Origin: Eledone cirrhosa
Taxonomy: Eukaryota
Length of the DNA stretch: 64,000 nt
Reading direction: 5' to 3'
Assembly (NCBI GenBank): GCA_964016885.1
Contig: OZ024742.1
Coordinates: 211,792,001-211,856,000 of the forward strand
The notes under the pieces are model-generated. The model was not told the DNA's origin and did not search any database. It saw only the letters and a list, made by a program, of their open reading frames with translations. Below, piece after piece: positions 43,290 to 57,012 of this stretch (the stretch's first letter is position 1; each line of letters begins with the position of its first letter). The position numbers and the translations under genes are program-made.

Positions 43290-43526
43290 ACAGTGGCAGC
43301 GGAACTGGTGAGGGGAGGGGGCATGTCCCCTCCAATAATTATGTTTTCTCCCAAAACTACCGAAAGACACATCTATTTGGATATACACTACAATTTATGT
43401 ACATGTTATGTTTATCGCATATTGAAGTTTTCTGACTATTTTATAGTGCAAAGAGCTAAACTAATCACTACAACCAAATTGTCCAAATTTGGCCCCCACA
43501 ATTCAGAAATGCTTCCACCGCCTCTG
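43290..43526. mobile_element. MITE (cagtggcagcggaa/ttccaccgcctctg); partial relative at 42632-42870 with an 18-bp G-rich repeat
   Basis: Terminal inverted repeats and shared internal sequence between the two copies. Confidence 0.55.
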
Positions 43527-44794
43527 TTAGATACATATTAATTCCTAAAATTACACATTCCACCGTGAACAAATTGTTGATATGGCCACGGGTATTATTT
43601 CTCAAAGTGGCGTGTATTCAGGCTTTCAGATTTCTTCTGTTGAACAAGGACAGGAAGATCTCCTGCCCAGCTCCTTTGATTTCGTCCACTATGCTATACA
43701 AACCCTTTTACCTCTTCTCACATTTAGAACAGGCCGGCTGGCGGTCTGGTCATGATTGTAAAACTCAACTCAAACCAGCAACAAATTTCTGTAACTCTCC
43801 CAGATGAAGAATTTTTAGTAATTATCCATAACCTTGAGATGAGTCTTTCGAAAAAGGCTGTTTAACATATCCTCATCTACACCATGACTATTCTCAAGAG
43901 ACCAAACAATAGATGTTCTAGTCAACTCAGATATTCCATGGAGCAAGACACAGCAGTCAGCTGGTAATACATTACAATAGAGATATTGATATTAGCCACA
44001 TTCCTTCCTTCAGAATTAAAAGAAATTCCACTCATTAATCCTAGTACATTTGGTGTTTAATAGAGAATGGGATTTGATAACACAACCATTAAACTGTTCC
44101 ATAACTGAAAACAGCTTATGGTAACAGAGCAAAAAAAAAAAAAACTGCTTTCTGAACTCTGTCAGGAATGTACAAATATCTTATATTTTTCGATACTCAA
44201 CAAAAGTAAAAGAGTGATGTGGGGTGCAAATTTGATAGTAAATATAACTTGAGCAATTTCCAAATACAGACAAAATAAATGCCATTTGAACTAAAACTGT
44301 CTGCTGTTAATTCACCCTTGCGTTACCTTATCATGCGAGCTAGCAGAACAAGGAATATCTATATATTCCCTCGAAATAGCAACACCTTCCCAAAAATTAG
44401 ACCTACAAAAAAAAAAAGTAGATATTGGATAATATAGTTCTAGATACGGAACAACCTGCTCGTGAAATTAACATGCAAGTATTTGAGCATTCCACAAACA
44501 CTTGTGTCCTTAACGCAGTTCTCAAGGAGATTCAGCGTGATGCAGTGGGTGGAAAGAGTGGCTCTATGATTTACAGATACAACTTATTTTTGTTAGCTGA
44601 GTGGACTGAAACAACGTGAAATAAAATGTCTTGATCAGGGACACAACGCGCCACTAGGAATCGAAATCTATACTGTCTAAAGATTAGACGGGTGGGTCAC
44701 GACTGGAATGCCTATGGTAATAGACCTGCTTGAACAGAGAAGATCCAGGGTTAAACATCAACATTAATATCAAATTATATGAACCTCTGCATGT

Positions 44795-45600
44795 TGTTCA
44801 AGATTGCCTCCTCAGACGTTTCCCTAGTAGTTTTAATAAGTGGTTATGTAGAATTCCTTTTGTACATCCGATGACCTCTGGTGGGATGCTATCCGATCCT
44901 GGGGGCTTCCCAGCAGGCAAGGCATCAATGGCTCTGCTCAGTTCTTCAGCAATCAGCAATGCGCCTAACTCTTCCATGGCGGGTAGGTGTTTTTCGGTAT
45001 CTAGCGCGTTGTCCGAGATGCTGTTTTCCTTGGCGTAGAGTTCGGAGTAATGTTTATCCCATCTTTCCAACGGCTCTCTTTTGCCTTTAATGACTTCGCC
45101 TGTTCTGGATTTAAGTGGAGCTATCTTGCTGTGGTTTGGCTTTTTTAATGCCCTCATACATTCCACGAATATTACCTATGTCAAATGACAGCTGGATGCC
45201 TTCGCACAGTTGTAACCATTTGCACAGCGTTTCGCTGTCTTCTCTGTGATGCTCCTCGTTGATTTCAATGCCTGCAGCATTGCCTTGGTGGGTTGGTCTT
45301 TGTGCTTCAACAGGGCAACGCGCTTCTCTTCCATGGTTGCATGGAGCAGGTAGGCTGTGATGAGACAGCGCCTAACTGACTGGGGATGCCCAACTCGAAA
45401 GCAGCCCCTAGCAACTTGCTCGATGCTGGAGTGTCTTCACCAGAGCACAGGCTTGGACAGGGTTTATGGGAGATCGGCAGTTGCTCATGCAGCACAGCTG
45501 CCCTCTCCACGCTACCGGTGTTGTCCAAGGGAAGGACAGGGGCCAATACAACTTGTCACCGGTTGGGCCACAGGAGTTGTGGCTGGTTTGCGTGGATGCA
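44795..45600 (-). mobile_element. Degenerate RTE-BovB-like fragment
   Basis: APLKSRTGEVI..LERWDKHYSELY..GKPPGSDSIPPEV. Confidence 0.75.
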
Positions 45601-47108
45601 GTAATAGTCTAACCAGATACATTGAACTAACCTTTATTGAAGTAGCGCAACTCTGTCGATAGAGTTGGAGTATTTGGCTAAGCGCTACATCTCTCTATTG
45701 CTTGAGCAACTCGAAGTGATGCCCTTCTCTTCCGAGAAATGAGAGTGGAATGGCTTTGAGAAAATCCCATCTCATTTAACCCCAAGTTGGCCAGTTTCTC
45801 CAGACTACAGGTGCCAACCCGAGATTAAGAGAAGCATCATTTCCATGTCGTTTGGGGGTATGTATGGAGAGATTTCGCTACACATATATTTTTTAATTTG
45901 AATTATGTGTGTGTGTGTATGTATGTGTGTGTGTGTGTGTATGTGTGTACGTGCGTGTGTATGTATGTGTGTGTATGTGTGTGTGTATGTGTATGTGTGT
46001 GTATGTGTGTGTATATTGAATACACTTTTCTTTCGTTTGTGTGTGTGGGTATGTACTTCCTATTGGTTAGCACATTATTCAGTTGTTATTGTTGTTAAGT
46101 TGCTTAGCCCATATCAAGCAGGCCTATGATTAAAGGCGTTGTGGTTGTGACCATCCCATCTTCTTTTTTTTTGTTTTATTTATCAATCATTTTTTATTAC
46201 AACATTATCCAATGAGTCCTTTCATTTCAAATACGGTAAGGCGTATTTTAGACAGATTTTGTTCTGCTACTTCTAACTGGACAAGCGACTACAAAGATAG
46301 AGATAGGAACTAAGTTTACGTCCGCGTGTGCAATTTCACCTGCATTCAATTTTGAAACCGCTCAGTGGGCGACAGCTGTAGTGGTTGTAGTGATTAAAGT
46401 AAGCAAAACAAACATACATATCACTGTATTTCGTTAAACTCTTTGTGAAAGTAAAATTCTTAACAAGAACTAAACATAATAGCATCAAATTCCCATTGTC
46501 ATTGCCTCCGCCTCTCTCGCTCTCCCCATCTCTTCTATTATAAGCAAATGGGGTCCACGCGTTGGACGCCCCGCAGCCCCGGATGATGGTGAGAGAGACA
46601 AGAGTCATTCCAGCACGTATAGGGATCCTTGTTGGTTTGACATTAACCAAGCAACTAATGATTCTTGATTTGTTTTCGTCAGAAGTCAGCAAATCATTTC
46701 TTCAAATTTTAATCTTTAGATATCTAGATCAGTTAATATCAATTTGCATCAATAAGTCTATAAATCACACCTCAACACACTCTCATTCACCTCCAACCAT
46801 TTACACACACACAATATGTTGAAATGTCAAACAAGCTGTTTTGATACGGAAATATCAAGGGAGCTAACTTTGTAAGATCGCTATGAGTGAGTGAGTGTCT
46901 GAATGGAGAGCCGTCTAGAAGCAAATGAGAAGAGAGTGATAGGGGAAAAAATCAAAAAACAACTGATTATGTCTACTAAAATATTCTGTTAATAGAATGG
47001 AGGTTCGTATGACGAAGCAATCTTTCTCTTAATGTATATTTGTAAATGTGTATATATTTATATAAATAGTGTAACGATCTCTAACACACACAAGCATACA
47101 TATAATAT

Positions 47109-47152
<44 letters not shown>

Positions 47153-47272
47153 AAGTAATTCCGTCGGAAAGGTACAGGAAAAAAGAGTGCTCTATGTAGG
47201 CTACAGCGCTTATTAGTTATGTTGTTTATTACATAACTATATATATATATATATATTATATGTATGTATGTA

Positions 47273-47313
<41 letters not shown>

Positions 47314-47351
47314 ATATCTATATATATATATCTATATATATATATCTATAT

Positions 47352-47403
<52 letters not shown>

Positions 47404-48467
47404 CAGTTAAATATTCTCGTGCCATTTTTCCATTGTAACGTATACAGGTGATTTCGATTTTCATCGATTGTGTTATTCGTTCACCTGCTAATAATCCATC
47501 ACTCTATACATGTACCATACTATCTCTTTCCAACCGCTAGCAATTAGACGAATACAGCTGTCCCACTCCCTATTCCCATCTAATATAATAGAATGATTAA
47601 GCATCTTAGGTGCTCCTTAAAACTGATTACATTCTAAAATCCCTCTCGTCCAGATCGAAGATTGTTTGAGAGAGAGAAAAAAATCCCCGAAAATGCCTCT
47701 CCACTGCGAAATTATGAACTAGCTTTCCGTGGATTATTATTGTTTTTTCTCTTCTAAATTTATGATATTTAATAAACAGACATTCATTTTGTTGGGTTCA
47801 TAAATGAAATTCACATTCTCTGTGAAAACGTCATTTCCCGATCGCTTTCTTTCGTACACTTGTCTTATTCTCTTCTAAATACTCCTGTCGTTTAAATTTA
47901 AAGATAGTGTCGTAATTTTAAAACGATTAGAATATACTTTAAAAATGAAAGAAAATCAAACAAAGAGAGAAAAAAAATCATCTTTAAAGTCTTGCGAATA
48001 ATGAGGAAGGTATAGGTAAGCGAAGAACTTAGGATCAGTTTTAACACCGATATTGTAATTACTAATAACAGCGTCTGAAAGTGACAGTAGGGAATCATAT
48101 AATTTCCACTATACTGAATAAAACCCAAACATAAATACAATCTCCCGCAACACCCACATCTAAGACGATTCAATAATATATTAAATCTTATATTTCGAAA
48201 AATATACAAAATAGACAATTTTGATACCAAAAATTAACCAAGCTTGACATTTTCCAAACATCACAATAAGCTCAGCTTCTGAAAGAAAAAAAATGTCACG
48301 TTCATGATGCTCTATCGATATGACGCTAACTACTTCATCTTAAGATTTATAAACGCAATGATTATTGACATAAGTTTTGCAGATAGTAAATGAAAATATT
48401 TGAACTAAATATATTTCTTGCTTATATTATAATACATATTGATCAACTCGTATCTCTCCCTCACGTT

Positions 48468-48692
48468 ATCTGTCTGTCTATCTATCTATCTGTCTGTCTA
48501 CCTACCTACCTACCTACCTATCTGTCTATCTACCTACCTACCTACCTATCTGTCTGTATGTCTATCTATCTACCTTTCTGTCTGTCTGTCTATCTATCAT
48601 CTATCTATCTATCTAAATTTCTATCTGTCTGTCTGTCTATCAATCTGTTTGTCTGCGTATCTGCCTGTCTGCTTGTATATCTGTCAGTCTAT
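48468..48692. repeat. (TCTA/TCTG/CCTA)n microsatellite
   Basis: Seen directly. Confidence 0.95.
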
Positions 48693-49126
48693 ATATTATG
48701 TTAAAGCTGGAGTATCTGTGGCGTAAAGCGTCTGTCACGTTATGGAAAGGGAATGATAAAGAGTGTGTGTACGAGAGAGAAAGAAAGAAAGAAAGAGTGT
48801 GGTAAGAGCATTTGTGTGTGAGACAGAGAGGTGAGGAAGAGAGTGATAGTGCTGGTCGTGGTGGTGGTGGTGGTGGGGATGGCAGCAATGTCAAAACTAA
48901 AAGAGGAATTACTTTTATGAAAAATATTGTTGATCCTTAAATTATAAATAAGTAAATTATTCCATTTTGGTAGTTCCAGTCATTTGTTAAATTTATTTTA
49001 TTTATTTTGTTGTGTTGTATATATGTAATGTACTGTATATGTATGCAAGGGGATTTATTGTAACAAGACCTGGGACTTATGTGGGATGTCAGACAATGTT
49101 TCTGTGTGTGTATATATATATATATA

Positions 49127-49445
49127 CAGTTGTCCTGCCAATATTCACGGGGCGGGGGATACGTTTCTACAGCACCCACGAAGAGTGAAAAACCATGAAT
49201 ATTGAACATGGTCCATAAAAATGTCTATAAACATCAAAACATAACATAAGATATAGGCTGGCAAATACCATATATTATTATTAATAATTTAGCATTACAA
49301 AGAGTGAAAAAATATATATTTTCACACAAAAGGCCATTAAAAAATTGCGGAAGATATTTACGATTCTGCGAATATGCAGTGGTTTCCAAGAACAATTATT
49401 AGTTAGGTTCTAAGGAAAATTCTGCGAATGCCGGGAGTACACTGT
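49127..49445. mobile_element. Tc1/pogo-type MITE, degenerate
   Basis: ta|cagt...actg ends with weak TIR similarity. Confidence 0.45.
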
Positions 49446-49791
49446 GTATATATAATATGTGTATGTATGTGTGAGTGTGTTTGCATATCTATAAGGGCAC
49501 AACATGGCTGTATGGCTAAGAAGTTTGCTTTGCAATTATTAGGTCCTTATTTCAATCCCACTGCATAGCATTTTGGGAAAGTATCATTTACCATAACCTC
49601 TGATTGCCGGTCCAGCAAAAATTGAAAAATACACTATATATACATTCATATATATATCGCTATTTCAGAGCACCAATTCTAATTTTCAATTTTTGCTGGA
49701 CCAGCAACCGCTCTGTATAATCAGTTCCTGATTATTACTGGAATTCTATAAAAATCCAACATTCATAATTTTCAGCAGGCAAAGAGAGTGC

Positions 49792-49840
49792 TAAGCTCTG
49801 AGGAGTACCAACAGTACGAAACAGAGATCTGTCACCTTAT
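49792..49840 (+). ncRNA. Hammerhead ribozyme in a Penelope pseudo-LTR remnant (~49604-50000)
   Basis: taagct-CTGAGGA-gtac caaca gtac-GAAA-cag agat ctg-TC-acctta. GUC site; one stem I mismatch; flanked by a ~50-bp direct repeat and a 25-bp inverted repeat. Confidence 0.7.
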
Positions 49841-49996
49841 CTCCCTTTGTTTGCTGAAAAAAGAAGTAAGTGACATAGTCACTACTTTAAAACAATAGCA
49901 TAAGGTCTTCAAAATGCTTTTAATTAAGCATACAGTGTATTGCAAAATACACTATATATATACATTCATATATATATCGCTATTTCAGAACACCAA

Positions 49997-50057
<61 letters not shown>

Positions 50058-50389
50058 TCATCATCATCATCATCATCATTTCATTTTACGTCCGCTTTTT
50101 CCCTGCTTGCAAGGGTGGGACGGAAACTGATGCTGGCTTGATTTCTACAGCTGGATGCCCTTCCTAACACCAACCTCATTTACAGTGAGTGCTGGGTGCT
50201 TTTTTGCCATAGCACCTCCACCACCACTTTACAGTGGAATGATATGGACCCCAGTCCCTATCATCTCATTTCTACAGCTGAGTAAACTGGAGCAATGTGA
50301 AATAAAGTGTCTTGCTCAAGGAAACAACGCATCACCCGGTCTGAGAATTGAACTCACAACCTTTCGATTGCAAGGCCAATGCTCTAGCC

Positions 50390-50417
<28 letters not shown>

Positions 50418-50420
<3 letters not shown>

Positions 50421-51900
50421 GGGGATGCTCTGGAGAGGAGCAATTATAGGGGTATAAAACTGATGGATCAGGTTATGAAAGTGGCAGAAAGGATATTAGC
50501 ACAACTAATTAGAGAAAGGGTCAAACTAGATGAGATGCAGTTTGATTTTCTGCCTGGGAAAAGTACAACAGATGCCCTCTTCTTGGTGAGACAATTACAA
50601 GAAAGGTTCTTAGAGAAGAATAAGCCACTATACTTAGCCTTTGTTGTCCTAGAGAAGGCCTTTAATAGGGTACCCCGATCTGTCATCTGGTGGTCCCTAA
50701 GCAAACTAGGTGTTGAGGAATGGCTCGTGAGGACAGTGCAAACTTTGTACAGAGGTGCTATCAGTAAAGACAGGGTAGGAATGGAGTTTAGTGAGGAATT
50801 CCAGATACAAGTAGGAGTACATCAAGGTTCGGTCCTCAGCCCGCTCTTGTTCATTATAGTCCTCCAAGCCATAATAGAGGAGTTTAAGACTGGCTGTCCA
50901 TGGGAACTTCTCTATGCTAACGATCTGGTTCTTATAGCAGAATCAATAGAGGAGCTAGAGAATAAATTCTGGCTATGGAAACAGCAGTTGGAAGCAAGAG
51001 GACTGAGAGTGAACCTAGCTAAGACAAAAGTGTTGATGAGAAGAAAAGAGGACAAAACTCTGATTCTGTCAGGGAAATGGCCATGTTCGATATGCAGAAA
51101 AGGAACTGGCATAAATTCTATAAAATGCACACAATGCAGATCCTGGGTACACAAGAGATGTAGTGGGATAGCAGGCAAACTAACAGGTAGGGAGAAATAT
51201 GTATGCAGTAGATGTACAGGGAAATTAGGCAGTAGAAGTCGCATTGATAGACACATTTTTCAAATGCAGGCGGGTGCTATAGAAGTGGTGGATAGACCGG
51301 TACCTAGGAGATCAGATTAGCATGGGAGGGGAGTGTTCCGAGGCCATAGTATCTTGAATAAGGACGGGTTGGAAGAAGTTTAGGGAGCTGCTTCCTCTGC
51401 TGACAAAGAAGGGTTTCTCCCTGCGTACGAAAGGCCGGTTATATGATGGCTGTGTGAGGAGAACGATGCTGCATGGTAATGAGACATGGGCAGCAACTGC
51501 AGAGGATATGCGACGGCTGGAGAGAAATGAGGCAAGCATGCTCCGTTGGATGTGCAGTGTAAATGTGCGTGAACGACCTAGCATGGATGTGTTGAGAGAG
51601 AAACTGTGCCTGAGAAGGATAGAATGTAGTGTACGGGAGAGGAGACTGAGGTGGTATGGACATGTGATGCGCATGGAGGATGACCGATGGGTGAAAAAGT
51701 ACCAGGAAATGCCAGTTGAAGGAAGACGTGGTAGAGGTAGACCACAAAAAACATGGGCAGAGGTGGTGAGAAAAGGCCTCAGATCGCTGAAGCTCACAAT
51801 GGAGATGACGAAGGACCGTGACGAGTGGAGAGATGCTGAATAGGACCCATTCCATCCTTGCAAGCAGGGAAAAGCAGACGTAAAATGATGATGATGATGA
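50418..51900 (+). mobile_element. 5'-truncated RTE-clade LINE (RT, PHD-like zinc finger, C-terminus, (TGA)n tail) between (TA)n tracts
   Basis: QFDFLPGKSTTDA, LEKAFNRVPR, GVHQGSVLSPLLF, LLYANDL (YADD altered), CSIC..CTQCRSWVHKRC..CSRC, RRLRWYGHV, RGRGRPQKTW. Confidence 0.92.
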
Positions 51901-51921
51901 TATATATATATATATAAAAGC

Positions 51922-52330
51922 GCTACTGGTAACATGTAAGCCAGTACAACCTGAGCATGGTCAGGTCATTGATGACTAAACTGGCAGCTTGGTAAGGAGG
52001 GTGATTTTAGAGACTGAGTGGGATGAAAAACAAAAATTGTCAAAGGATGGAGGAACTCAGGAGAGTCAATGACAATCCAATAATTAAAAAAATTTTTTTA
52101 AGGGGGCCAGTGGAGTGAGAGTCCCCTAGACTTCATTAAGACATCTTTCTAGGAGAAGGTCACTCTGATGTAAAACCTGTTTGCATACAATGATGTAGAC
52201 CAGTTCTACTTTTTGGGTAAATTCATTTGATGTTCAGAGAGTGGGATTGATTCTGTGCAAAGCCTTTCCTCACTTAAAAAAGCTTCACTTTCCTCACTTA
52301 AAAAAGCACAGGCATCGCTTGATATCTGAC
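51922..52330 (+). mobile_element. Diverged copy of the non-autonomous RTE-derived element
   Basis: Colinear similarity to the reverse complement of 17795-18185; lies between (TA)n tracts. Confidence 0.75.
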
Positions 52331-52380
52331 AACTTCTTAAGTATCAAGTGATAGCATTACTTGAAATTGAGTTGCAACTG

Positions 52381-52444
<64 letters not shown>

Positions 52445-52446
<2 letters not shown>

Positions 52447-52603
52447 GAAGTAGTAACGCAACAGTTCGTTCACCATACTGAGAACAATTGTTTCACCTTA
52501 TGTGGATCTTCAGCTCAGACGGGACCAGTCTGAGCTGAAGATCCGCATAAGGTGAAACAATTGTTCTCTGTATAGTGAACTAACTGATGTGTTACTACTT
52601 CTA
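52445..52603. mobile_element. 159-bp palindrome with two inverted minimal hammerhead motifs
   Basis: ~76-bp arms and 7-nt loop. gag-CTGAAGA-tccgcataaggt-GAAA-caattg-TT-ctc at 52532-52568 and its inverse; stem II is weak. Confidence 0.7.
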
Positions 52604-52664
52604 CTAAACTCGTCCCATGGACTGAGTGCTCTACCACTACGGATATTACCTTCCAGTGTTCTAC

Positions 52665-52695
<31 letters not shown>

Positions 52696-54089
52696 CATCA
52701 TCATCATTTAACGCTCATTTTTCGAAGTTCAGTGCCATGGGTGTATGACAAGTGTAGTGGGATTTGATAAGGTGATGTGTGAGAGGGAAGTGGTCTTGGA
52801 TAGAGTGGAGAAAACGGAGATGTTGATAATAGTTATTAAAAGGTTATGACAAGTGTGTTTGGATTTAACAGAGTAAGGTGATGGATAAAAAAGGGAAGGA
52901 ATGATCTCCGATGATCCTGCATTTTTTCATGAGGTTAATGCTTACAAATACACCGTAAAGTACTTAATACTTCAGAATGTAGATTGTGTATTGTATATTA
53001 TTCATATACTAGCATTCAGAATTTATTCACAAGGTATCTGGTCACAAACTACAAAAGGAATTTATTCTAAGTATGAATTTGGAATTGTGTAAATATTTGT
53101 CTATTCAACTAATGACCCAGTTGTGATACCCACTGTTGCTTTGTCCTAGCCCACAAAACTACTACTTTTTTTGTAGACCATATATATATATATATATATA
53201 TATACATACATGCTAGCATGGAAGATGGATGTGAAACAATGATGGTATATATATCCTTGCTAGAAGGGAAAATATATGTTAAATGATGAAGATTCATATA
53301 AGAAAAGTGAGTTTAAAAAATAGCTTTTCCTGTTGAGGGCTGTAAGAAGAAAGAGGACAGGTGAAAAGATAAATAGATGGATAAATGTCACATTGAAAGG
53401 TTATGACTCATTATTCTGTCAGTTTCTAGTTTACACAAATATTAAAATGACATAATAAAAATGAACCTAGCCCACACTGTAAAGTGGTAGTGCTGGTGCC
53501 GCAATAAAATGCTTTCAGTCCACACAGTAAAATGGTTGTGCTGGTGTCACAATAAAAAGTACCCAGTCCACCCTGTATGATGGTACAGCTAGCACCACAA
53601 TAAAATGCTCCTAGTACATGCTGTAATGTAGTTCGCATTAGGAATGGCATTCAACCATAGAAACCCTGCCCCAAATGGAATATATGAGCTAAACATAATG
53701 ACATAACCAGTATGACCTCAGGACATGACAACCTATTTAATGTATGCAAGCATGGAAAATAGACATTAAACAGTGATGATGATGATGATAGTAGTGGTGG
53801 TAGTGTTGATGATGATGGTGATAATGATGATGGATGGATGAATGAATATTCTAATAAATATATCAATGCAAAGTGACAGTGTAATGGAATGGGAGTATTA
53901 GAGCCACAAAGGCAAAGGGAAAAGCCTGAAGAGACCGGAATAAAGGGGGAAGCAGAATGCAATACAAAATAACTAACAAAGAGGCTAGGCAGGAGGTACA
54001 CATAGCAAGGGAGGAGCAGAAAATAAGAAGCGTGTACATGTTCTATGACATGTTGATCTAAGGCATGAGGTGTTTCAGTTCGTGAGATA

Positions 54090-54550
54090 GCGAAGTTGAG
54101 AAAATTGAGATGTTGTTGGGGAAAAGTGTGGTCAAATTAATAGTGAAGTACTTACCCAGACTTGCCAAAAACAAAGAGGCATAGAAATCCTGTTAGGAAA
54201 GATTGTTGAATGAAGAGAATAATTAAGAGAGTGAGGATCAAACCCCCAAGTAGACATAACTGAGGGATTAGCTATCAAAGTTGACACAGCATAGAAGATA
54301 AAGCAATTAAGGATATGAAGGTAGGGAAGTCAGCTGGATCATCTAGTATAACTGCTGAAATGCTAAAAGCATCTACTATTGTAGGTTATGTACTAGTTAC
54401 ATGGATAATCACCCAAGTTGTACAGGATGGTGTCACATCCAATGATTGATATAACAGGAGATCAGATTAGCAAGTGTAATATAGTAGAGTGAAGTAAATA
54501 TAGAGACATCAAGTCATGATTAGGGACATAATGAAGCTAGATGAAATGCA
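54090..54550 (+). mobile_element. Very degenerate RTE fragment
   Basis: GKSAGSSSITAEMLK and KLDEM remnants. Confidence 0.55.
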
Positions 54551-55619
54551 TTTAAATGAAAAAGAACATGGCTGAAATAGTCCCAATTATTGCTAATACA
54601 GTCAAACAAAATCATAGATCTTTGCCCAGAACAAACATATTAGCTTATGCCTTTAAATCACTCCTCCTGATTGACTGACAATATATGCAACACTGGGTAT
54701 AGGTTGGTAGAATTCGCTATTTTTAGATTCTACATTCACACACACAAATTCAAACAACCTAAACACATCACAAATATACATGATGCTATATTTAAAGACC
54801 TTTCCCTTTGTTCATTACTGCACATGATTTCAAAGTAAATCATGCAACCAATAAAACATAAAAATTAGCAGTGTCTTTTTTTATTTGTAAATCCATATCA
54901 ATGTGATTGGGGAAAATCGTTTTCCCTGTGACAATATCACATCACCACAACAAGCAACTACAACAATACAACTATTGGCTTCATCAACCATGGCAAGACT
55001 TCACAGCAACAATTCTCTCGACTCACTGAGACACACTTCATACACTTGCCATGGAATCAACCAACAAACCACTTCATTCAACTCCATGAACTCATCTCAC
55101 AACTCCAACTACACAACCACAAAAGAACAAAAGAAACAACCAAACAAAAACAAATCTAATACCTACTAAATATATATGTTACACATTGATACTGTTTGGA
55201 CTGGTTCCCTGCCTCTCATACAAAAGTTTCTCAGTGGGATTGGCTGTTATTGCATTTGCTTGAGTTCAAGGCTGGAATTGGATTGGTGTAGATTTGGTTA
55301 TGTCCAAGTTAAGGCAATTGACAGTCTTAGTTTTACACATACATACTTGCACACATATGCACACACCCCACTCTCACCCCCCACACACACACATTATATA
55401 ATCATCATTGTCAGTTAACTTCTATTTTCCATGCTTGCATGGGTTAGATAGGTTGTCACATTAGGGATGGACTAGGTGTTTTTTGTCGTGTCACCAACTT
55501 GACCACCTTACAGAGTGGACTGGGTGTTTTTTGTCATATCACCAGCGCAACCACCTAATATACTATATATAGCCTTTAGTAGCATAAAGAATAATATATT
55601 AATAAAGTATTATTGTCAG

Positions 55620-55836
55620 AAGAAGTAATAAAAAACTGTTTATCACTTGAGTAAAAAATATAATAATAAAACATTGTTTATAATTTGAATCTAGCATCTT
55701 TGTCTTTCATGAGACAACTGAACATATATATCTTCATAAATCTCATGAAAGATGAAAACACTAGATTCAAATTGTCAACAATGTTTTGTTATTATATTTG
55801 TTGATCCAAGTGATAAACAATGGTCTTATACTTCTT
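55620..55836. repeat. Old imperfect palindrome followed by a decayed hammerhead core (55939-55970)
   Basis: ~95-bp inverted arms; CTGATGA-tgt..aca-GAAA with stem I lost. Confidence 0.55.
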
Positions 55837-56559
55837 ATAAAAACACACGCATATATATATCCTTTATGTTGTATGGTTTAACTAATAGATACCTTGGTTC
55901 ATGATCCTGTCATTGTGATTATTTTGCATCATCGTTGTCTGATGATGTAACCTGTCCACAGAAATATGTATTATGTGTTTAAGCAACAATAAAGCAAGTT
56001 ATTGGAATCTGGCCTTCTCATACTTTCATTGAAATTAGCTGTCGAAACAGCTGTTCAGTCATCGGGGTCCTGAATCTTTTCATGTGTGTGTATGTGTGTG
56101 CATATATATATATATATAAATGGAAAAAATGAAACAAAATTTCATTTCTCACTATTAGTACGGCTGTTACTTTTAGTACGGCTGTACTTGTTTATCATTT
56201 TCGGTGCGCCCGGCCGATTAACTCACTCGATATGCAAATTAGGCTGCTCAGCCGTTAATATGCATAAGGAAAGTATATACTTTCAGACGTTCAATCATCT
56301 GGCAGGAAGGTATACGGTGCTGACGATAGCTAATAAGCTTGAAACTAGTACATCGTTCCTTTGTCAGTGTTGAACAAAAGGGCAACGATGGTTGCTAATC
56401 ACTGTACGGCTTAATTCGGGATATTTGTTTACAAACACACCGAGCATTATAATAAATGTTCGGTGAATCCATACGTACATATATATATATGTGTGCATGT
56501 ATGTGTATATATACATACTACTGTACATCTGTATACATATATGTATGTACGTATACATA

Positions 56560-56600
<41 letters not shown>

Positions 56601-56928
56601 TTAGAGCGTGAGGTTTACAATCATGAAATTGTGAGTTTGATTTTCAGACTGGGCTTTGCGTTGCATTCTTGAGCAAGGCTTTTTATTTCATGTTGCTCAA
56701 GTTAATTCAGCTGTAGAAAGGAGTTGCGACATCACTGGTGTCAAGCTGTATCGGCCATTGGCTTTCCCTTGAACAACATCAGTGGTGTGAAGAGGGGAGA
56801 CTGGTATGCACAGGCAACTGCTGGTCTTCCACAAGCAACCTTGCTTGGATTTGTGCCTTGGAGGAGAACTTTCTAGGTGCAAATCCCATGATTCTAATCT
56901 TAATGATTATTTTCTTTTTTTATTTCAG

Positions 56929-57012
56929 GAACTTTATGAATATGTTAGACAGCTGAACCCAGACAAAGTAAAGGATATTCTCTATGGAGAAACCCTTATA
57001 TCAGAACAGCAA
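56929..57012 (+). CDS. Host gene exon (ankyrin-repeat protein), phase 0
   Basis: tttcag|ELYEYVRQLNPDKVKDILYGETLISEQQ|gtaagt; 84 nt. Confidence 0.75.
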
